A stretch of 64,000 nt of DNA from a virus, in the IMG/VR virus record IMGVR_UViG_3300042389_001478, positions 96,001-160,000 of that record. One strand, given 5' to 3'. The notes beneath the pieces are model-generated. The model searched no databases. It was given only the letters and a program-made list of their open reading frames with translations, and was not told where the DNA came from. Positions 58,440-64,000 of the stretch are shown here, piece by piece. How positions within the stretch are numbered: position 1 is the stretch's first letter; each line of letters starts with the position of its first letter. The translations under genes were made by a program, and so were the position numbers.

Positions 58440-59020
58440 ACTTGTATGCTAAGAAAGTTATCGAGCCCCATTTGTTCGATCATCTTTAGAAAACCTTCAT
58501 ATAATACTATTCCATCTTCACTACCTTGTAGTAATGGTATCATAATATTAGCTGTCATCTCATCGCCCACTGCTCTGGCCGCAGTTATAGTTGCTCTTTC
58601 TGCTACAGCCGCTTCTTGTACTGATGCTAGGTTATATTTGATCATTGCCAACATATCATGTCTAGCCCAGGTTGGAGGAGTAACCATTAACGGCTGATAG
58701 TCTGCATTAAAAAATTCTAATCTAGTTATATTAATAATAGAGTGCTTGTGTTCTTCTTCTGCATCCTCTTTAATAACCGAGGCAAGCTTTTTGTATCCCC
58801 ATCTTTCAAGATGTACTGCTTGTGCAGATAAGGCTGTTGTCTGCTGCCAGTGAATATTTAAAGATTTTTTAAGGAGTTCAACAACTTTGTCATTGGAGTT
58901 ATTTTCAACTTCTTCGTCAGAGATTACCTCTGGATGCACAGGTTCTTCTGCCACAATAATGTCCTTTGCTTCAATAATTTCAGATTGTTCAGTCAGTAGT
59001 TCTTGAATAGTTTTAGTCAT
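58436..59020 (-). CDS. Bacterioferritin-fold protein with degenerate ferroxidase centre
   Basis: WGYKKL...EEEHKH...RLEFF...MGLDNFL collinear with Bfr; acidic N-terminal extension. Confidence 0.8.
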   Translation of the reverse strand: MTKTIQELLTEQSEIIEAKDIIVAEEPVHPEVISDEEVENNSNDKVVELLKKSLNIHWQQTTALSAQAVHLERWGYKKLASVIKEDAEEEHKHSIINITRLEFFNADYQPLMVTPPTWARHDMLAMIKYNLASVQEAAVAERATITAARAVGDEMTANIMIPLLQGSEDGIVLYEGFLKMIEQMGLDNFLSIQV

Positions 59021-59133
59021 AATTAGAATTTCTCGTATTAGTTTAATTATTTAGTTCTTATTATTTATCAATCTGTAGTACACCCCTTTGGCTTTTGCAA
59101 AATCATATTTCGTCAGATCTCCAAAAAATATTA

Positions 59134-59733
59134 TTAGTCCTTGACTGGACTATTTGACCTCCACTGAAAACAGCTCCAGTACGCGGGTGTCGTTTTGTCT
59201 TTTTGCTGATCACATTTGTGTCTTGCTCTAAAGCTCTTACGTCTTACTGGATCATCTCTTTTTATGCTCATTTCTTGTGATCCAAACCTTACAATAATAA
59301 CTTTGCCCTCTTTATTACGAACATACACGGCAAACTTCTTTTTTGCATCTGGTGTTCTGAATGGTTTGTTTAATGTTACTTTTCTTCCTTGATATTCTGA
59401 TGCTGATATTTGAGAAATATCATACTCTTCTGTTTCTTCTCCGGCGTCCATATAATCTTTTTCTTTAGGAATAACTAAATTTGATATTGTTAATTCTTCA
59501 GAATTTTCACAGTCTTCACATTCTACACAGTCTTCGCATTCAAACTTCTTCATAAAACCTAGTACTTCTAATACTTGATCCATTAGACTACTTTTTGGTT
59601 TTTGAGCTTGACCCAAGCACGCAGCTATTCTTTGTTGATTTTCTGGATAATCCTTTTTCATTATTCCATTACTCATGCATCGAGCAATAAAACTTTCTCT
59701 ATCTTCATTGTCATTGGGTTGTGGTATTGGCAT
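59134..59733 (-). CDS. Hypothetical protein with DUF6321-like C-terminal domain
   Basis: Start MPIPQP at 59733 after SD AAGGAG; GRKVTLNKPFR...VRFG...RRKSFRARHKC...AYWSC. Confidence 0.7.
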   Translation of the reverse strand: MPIPQPNDNEDRESFIARCMSNGIMKKDYPENQQRIAACLGQAQKPKSSLMDQVLEVLGFMKKFECEDCVECEDCENSEELTISNLVIPKEKDYMDAGEETEEYDISQISASEYQGRKVTLNKPFRTPDAKKKFAVYVRNKEGKVIIVRFGSQEMSIKRDDPVRRKSFRARHKCDQQKDKTTPAYWSCFQWRSNSPVKD

Positions 59734-59743
59734 AAAATCTCCT

Positions 59744-60802
59744 TTAATTCTGTATACACCTGAGTAGTTCCTTAGCCGAATTTTTCCAAGTAAATTTCCT
59801 TCCTGTTTCAACACCACTAAGATTAGTGCTGATATTATTCGTATAAATATCTCTCATATAGTGAATAATTTGTTCTTTCTGTTTAGATCCGATTTTAGCC
59901 CAATTACCTTCTCCGTGAAACCATTTATTGTCTATCGCCTTTTCGGTTTCTTCTATAGAGACCAGATGAGCATTGCTATTATTACAAAATTCTGTATGTG
60001 CTGAATAATTGGTTGCGATAACAGGCTTATTCATTGACATAGTTTCTAATAGCTCAAGATTCCATCCTTCTGCCCGTGAAACATAAATACCGCAGTCAGA
60101 ATACGAAATGGCTTGTGCTAAATCTTGTTGAGACGATAGTCTTGGAAAAACTTTGATTTTATCCTTAAGCTTAGATTTCTGAACTATACTAAGCCACTCA
60201 CCTTCTTGTTGATCATTAAGAAATGGATTATGAGTAATCATCCATAGCTCAACATTATCTTCTCTATTAAATGCGCTATTAAAGCACTCAATAACAACAT
60301 CATGCGATTTTCTAATTTCCCATTTGCCTATTGTAATAAAGATAAAGTTTTTGGGCTTGTTTTTTACTTCAATAGGATAAAAAATGTCTGGATTAACTCC
60401 GAGTGGAACAATATCTATTGGTTTGTTTATGCCGTTGTCAACCAATACTTTTTTTGCCCATTGACTACTGGCTATTATGCCGTCTGGAAAATTCAGGTGA
60501 TGCTTTTCTAGAGTATTGAAAGTATCTATTTCAAAAAAAGGATAAGCATAATATTTGCCGCTACCAGACCTATTTAGTAAATCGAATTGGTGCCATATTT
60601 TTATTGATATAGCATTATAGTCAACACTAGATTGTTTATCTATACATTTGCGAATAATTTCTTCGTCCGATTGATTCTCAATCTTGGGATTTCCTATAGG
60701 AGTTAGACAAACGTCGTGGTTTTGGTCTATCTCTTTAAGTAGATTTAATGCTGCATTGCCATAGCCCGTGGCTCCAATTGGGGCTTGAAAATGTATTTTC
60801 AT
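59744..60802 (-). CDS. Glycosyltransferase family 4
   Basis: GATGYG; FITIGKWEIRK; DCGIYVSRAEGWNLELLETMSMNKPVIAT. Confidence 0.88.
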   Translation of the reverse strand: MKIHFQAPIGATGYGNAALNLLKEIDQNHDVCLTPIGNPKIENQSDEEIIRKCIDKQSSVDYNAISIKIWHQFDLLNRSGSGKYYAYPFFEIDTFNTLEKHHLNFPDGIIASSQWAKKVLVDNGINKPIDIVPLGVNPDIFYPIEVKNKPKNFIFITIGKWEIRKSHDVVIECFNSAFNREDNVELWMITHNPFLNDQQEGEWLSIVQKSKLKDKIKVFPRLSSQQDLAQAISYSDCGIYVSRAEGWNLELLETMSMNKPVIATNYSAHTEFCNNSNAHLVSIEETEKAIDNKWFHGEGNWAKIGSKQKEQIIHYMRDIYTNNISTNLSGVETGRKFTWKNSAKELLRCIQN

Positions 60803-60808
60803 AATTAT

Positions 60809-61945
60809 TTATACTCCGAATATCGGGTTCTTATTTGAATGTATTTGGTTTGTTTTGCAGAACTGGCTGCACTTAGACATATTTTTGATTGAATTAGATC
60901 CAACATAACAACAGCAAGACCGTATGCCTCCGAGTAGCTCTTGAATTATATCTTTAGTCAACCCTTTATATTTAACTGTAATTTTTGTTCCTTCAGATGC
61001 TCTGTAATCTTTTTTGCCGTCTTCATATTGGTCTTGGGCGTGATGAGAACTCATTCCATAATATGTAAAATTAACTTTTCTAGTCTCGGTTTCATATCCT
61101 GGGTTAAATGGTTGCCAAAATTCAGCTGCTATGCCAGCCTTTGCGCATTTATACTCTACTGTCCATTCTCCTTCACAAGAATCGGTCCCGGCAAAAAATC
61201 CTCCCAGCATAATAAAGTCTGCTCCAGCACACATCGCCTTACATACGTCTCCACTATGCTTGTGTCCTCCGTCTGAGCAAATTAATCCTAATTTCTTATC
61301 TCCATTTTGCAACCCGTGCGCTACATAAGAATTGTCTAAACAACAAGATAACTGGGGATATCCGCATCCAGTAATAAATCTTGTCATGCAAGCACTGCCT
61401 CCTCCAACTCCACACTTCACAATATCTACTCCTCCATATATAAGGAGTTCTTGGGTGGACGATGGATTCGTAACATTTCCTGCAATGATAATAGATTCTG
61501 GGAAATGATCCCTAATTTTTTTACAGTATCTAACAAACACATCCATGTGACCATTAGGAACATCAATACAAATGTTGGGTTGTATGCCAGTTTTTTGATA
61601 AAATTCTAATAAGTGATTTATATCAGATTTTTTATATCCAATAGAAATCCAAACATAGTTTACAACGTTTGGGTTGGCTAGAAAATATGAAGATAATTGC
61701 TCCACTGTGTGGTATTTATGGAGACATGTTATCATCTTATATTGACTCAAAGTAGTTGCCATATCAAATGAAGCGAAGCTCATATTTGCACAGATTATAG
61801 GGATGCCAGACCAAATCCTTGGGCTGTGATAAAAGCTAAATGATCTTTCTAGATTTATCTCTGATCTGCTTGTTAGTGTGGATCTTTGGGGAACTATTAA
61901 AACATCATCAAAATCTAGTTTGATATCATCAATTATTTTGTTCAT
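60809..61945 (-). CDS. guaC: GMP reductase
   Basis: LDFDDVLIVPQRS, IDVPNG, IAGNV, GGGSACMTR, SDGG, YYGMSS, ASEG, LLGGIRS; no CBS domains. Confidence 0.9.
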   Translation of the reverse strand: MNKIIDDIKLDFDDVLIVPQRSTLTSRSEINLERSFSFYHSPRIWSGIPIICANMSFASFDMATTLSQYKMITCLHKYHTVEQLSSYFLANPNVVNYVWISIGYKKSDINHLLEFYQKTGIQPNICIDVPNGHMDVFVRYCKKIRDHFPESIIIAGNVTNPSSTQELLIYGGVDIVKCGVGGGSACMTRFITGCGYPQLSCCLDNSYVAHGLQNGDKKLGLICSDGGHKHSGDVCKAMCAGADFIMLGGFFAGTDSCEGEWTVEYKCAKAGIAAEFWQPFNPGYETETRKVNFTYYGMSSHHAQDQYEDGKKDYRASEGTKITVKYKGLTKDIIQELLGGIRSCCCYVGSNSIKNMSKCSQFCKTNQIHSNKNPIFGV

Positions 61946-62381
61946 TATTATCTATTTCTATTTTTTTCCTATCGTGAAAATAGTTTTTTCCATAGTCAAC
62001 AAAGATTTCGCTTCCAGCTTTTATATCTCTATTAGCAATTACATCTGCAATTAAATTAGTAAAATCAAATTTCCAGGTAGTATTTGCGTCATCTTGATGG
62101 TTATAAATCATACCATATCCAAGAACCATATGGAAAATAAATCCATGTGTTTTACATTCATTACAAGGACACATAGGCTGGCTATATAAAAACCGGTAAA
62201 TCTGAGGATCGCTATGATATCTAGACCTAAAAGCTAGAGGCACCATTGGGCATCTCTCTACGATATCGCCTTCTTTGATATCTTGAACAGCAAAGACTCC
62301 TCTTCCATGAATATCAGATTGTCCTAATTTAATTTTAGAATTTACTAAAAAATCTATATCTATTTGATTGTCGGTATCCAT
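61929..62381 (-). CDS. SET-domain lysine methyltransferase
   Basis: HGRGVFA; GYGMIYNH; RDIKAGSEIFVDYG. Confidence 0.9.
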   Translation of the reverse strand: MDTDNQIDIDFLVNSKIKLGQSDIHGRGVFAVQDIKEGDIVERCPMVPLAFRSRYHSDPQIYRFLYSQPMCPCNECKTHGFIFHMVLGYGMIYNHQDDANTTWKFDFTNLIADVIANRDIKAGSEIFVDYGKNYFHDRKKIEIDNNEQNN

Positions 62382-62382
62382 A

Positions 62383-62856
62383 TTATTTTTCTAATTTAAC
62401 TTGAGTTTGACCCGTTTCAACTTTGTCGTTGTTGAAGTAACAGTTTCCATAGCTTACAAAAATTTCTTGTCCAACCTGTATATCTTTAATAGCAATTACA
62501 TCACCAAGTAATTGAGTATAATTAAACTTCCACAATGCATTGGGATCATCCTGATGATTATACATCATACCATATCCTAGCGCCATATGAAATACGAACC
62601 CATGCCTTTCGCACTCATCACACGGACACAGGGGTTGAGCATACATATAAGCATAAACCTGAGAATCTATTTGATATTTAGATCTATTAGCCATTTCAAT
62701 CAAAGGACATCTCTCTATAATATCTCCTTTTTTAAAAGGCTTAAGAGCAAATACTCCTCTACCTTGTATGTCTGAATCTCCTAAAATGATATTACCAGCT
62801 GGTAAATAATCTAATTTCTTTGGGTCGTCTGGTCTAACGTAATGTTTTAAGCTCAT
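62383..62856 (-). CDS. SET-domain lysine methyltransferase (tandem paralogue)
   Basis: QGRGVFA; GYGMMYNH; KDIQVGQEIFVSYG. Confidence 0.9.
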   Translation of the reverse strand: MSLKHYVRPDDPKKLDYLPAGNIILGDSDIQGRGVFALKPFKKGDIIERCPLIEMANRSKYQIDSQVYAYMYAQPLCPCDECERHGFVFHMALGYGMMYNHQDDPNALWKFNYTQLLGDVIAIKDIQVGQEIFVSYGNCYFNNDKVETGQTQVKLEK

Positions 62857-63053
62857 AGAGTATCTTTCAGGAATTCGTCTGTATCATAACAAGTTAATTT
62901 TTTCTTCCAGCCAAGTTCACTTATGCATATTTTCAGACTAGTCACTAAGCCTCTTCCTTTATAGTGTTTTAATGTATCAATAATAGCAGTATGATGATCT
63001 TTTCTATCTATAATATATTTAATTTGTCCTGATTGGACATAATATTTTGACAT
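62853..63053 (-). CDS. Hypothetical 66-aa protein
   Basis: Fills the gap; 4-nt overlap with the SET gene. Confidence 0.55.
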   Translation of the reverse strand: MSKYYVQSGQIKYIIDRKDHHTAIIDTLKHYKGRGLVTSLKICISELGWKKKLTCYDTDEFLKDTL

Positions 63054-63057
63054 TATA

Positions 63058-63591
63058 TTATTCTATATTAAAAAAATACCATCTTTTGTGAGTATCTATA
63101 TTCTCTGAGGTGTCGATATGCAAAAGATAAGATTTAATTTCATCCCATGTAGAAAAAATCATTTGATGAGGAATAGTACCGAACAGCCAGTCCGGGGTTT
63201 GCTTTTTTCCTTGCACCATATGAACTAAAATAGGCTTCTTTTGTCTATTTGCCCAAAATATTTCTTCTAAAGTGCCGCACGGATGTACGGTAAGATCAAG
63301 ATTTACAATAATAAAATCGCTTATATCTACTAATCTTAAGTCAACAGATCGTATTGACTTCATCATAGAAGATAACTCATCATAGTTTTCTTTTTCTTTA
63401 AGCTTTGATTTTATCTTATGGGAATCTTGATCCTCAAGTCCTATATTTGATGGTTTGCTGCTTGGATTGAATACTTCAACCCCTAGAGCATTCAAAAATG
63501 GAGTGATACTATCTCTCCATGTACAACCTCTATCTGGAACTCTATCCATTGCTCCAGCAAGATAAACTCTTTGATTATGTAGTCTGTTCAT
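63058..63591 (-). CDS. Nucleoside 2-deoxyribosyltransferase-like protein
   Basis: VYLAGAMD; VFNP; DLRLVDISD; CGTLEEIFWA. Confidence 0.8.
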   Translation of the reverse strand: MNRLHNQRVYLAGAMDRVPDRGCTWRDSITPFLNALGVEVFNPSSKPSNIGLEDQDSHKIKSKLKEKENYDELSSMMKSIRSVDLRLVDISDFIIVNLDLTVHPCGTLEEIFWANRQKKPILVHMVQGKKQTPDWLFGTIPHQMIFSTWDEIKSYLLHIDTSENIDTHKRWYFFNIE

Positions 63592-63720
63592 TTAAATCCC
63601 AGGAAACAAAAAATCTAAAAGGTTCTTGGACGATTTTACTGGATATGACGGAGCATATAACTCATTCAGGCCCCGTAAAACACCAAGGATTAAACAAATC
63701 AAAAAAGCAAAGTAATACAT
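63592..63720 (-). CDS. Small membrane peptide (42 aa)
   Basis: MYYFAFLICLILGVLRG, preceded by SD GGAG. Confidence 0.5.
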   Translation of the reverse strand: MYYFAFLICLILGVLRGLNELYAPSYPVKSSKNLLDFLFPGI

Positions 63721-63733
63721 ATTATCTCCAAAT

Positions 63734-64000
63734 TTATTGAAAGTATACAAACACATGAGAATCATACCAAATATCATTTATTAAATCCGAAATGAAATTC
63801 CAATTACCCCCAGCCAGTCCACTCCCGAATTTTGGGGCATGTATTTCTATTTTAGAATCATTTTGTACTTGGAACTCTTTAGCAAAAGTTCTCACTTGAT
63901 TCATGCAATAGACTAATGCGGCATAATTTAGAGGTCTTTTGTTTTTTGAATTGAGTAGTTTATTTTGTGCGATCATGTTTGCAAATATGATGCTATGGCC
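63734..64000 (-). CDS. Macrodomain (ADP-ribose processing) protein, 5'-truncated by the window edge
   Basis: Frame open to 64000: ...FANMIAQ...LNYAAL...IHAPKFGSGLAGGNW. Confidence 0.8.
   Translation of the reverse strand, partial: GHSIIFANMIAQNKLLNSKNKRPLNYAALVYCMNQVRTFAKEFQVQNDSKIEIHAPKFGSGLAGGNWNFISDLINDIWYDSHVFVYFQ

Noticed and set aside
230-63740. Numerous 60-180 aa antisense or alternate-frame ORFs in the track (e.g. 18608-18982, 40256-40564, 42455-42991, 55476-55853)
   Set aside because: They lie wholly within well-supported genes and show no motifs or SD; they are expected shadows of codon bias or repeats.
1-64000. Stop-codon reassignment
   Set aside because: Recognisable genes are full-length in code 11 and TAA, TAG and TGA all act as stops at tight gene junctions.
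1-64000. Assignment to a giant eukaryotic virus (suggested by SET, HNH, papain and GT genes)
   Set aside because: SD sequences, overlapping operons, a sigma70 promoter and factor, DnaE/DnaG/DnaB/SSB and ClpP indicate a bacteriophage.
1-64000. tRNA, rRNA or riboswitch (e.g. cobalamin riboswitch before nrdJ)
   Set aside because: Intergenic gaps are about 110 nt or less and AT-rich; no cloverleaf or B12-box elements were seen by eye. A covariance search was not run.

Overview
This window is an AT-rich, densely coded segment of a large tailed dsDNA phage genome (jumbo-type Caudoviricetes, standard code 11). A Planctomycetota/PVC-type host is inferred, not shown. The + strand (1-9625) carries the end of a putative virion module, including a 2760-aa Cys-rich protein. 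The - strand (9612-64000) carries: (i) a replication/recombination core with an intein-less split DnaE (exonuclease gene between the halves), DnaG, DnaB, RecA, SSB, a Rad52-like protein and a Cas4-like nuclease; (ii) nucleotide metabolism genes (class II RNR, dUTPase, dCMP deaminase, dNMP kinase, GMP reductase, nucleoside deoxyribosyltransferase-like); (iii) three glycosyltransferase loci; (iv) repeat/fibre proteins; (v) a papain-like peptidase plus membrane-protein block; (vi) accessory genes (phage sigma factor, ClpP, PhoH, PAP2, tandem SET methyltransferases, macrodomain). Several intact ORFs with host-enzyme folds have lost their catalytic residues (DeoC-like, bacterioferritin-like, papain-like, LicC-like). 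Other notable signals are a recurrent upstream motif GGTGTATA (candidate phage-sigma promoter), a hairpin that may bridge a distant Shine-Dalgarno to its start codon, a probable ATT start codon and an internally deleted fibre-like gene. No tRNA, rRNA, CRISPR array or intein was recognised. All family calls come from motif recognition by eye; no database search was run.
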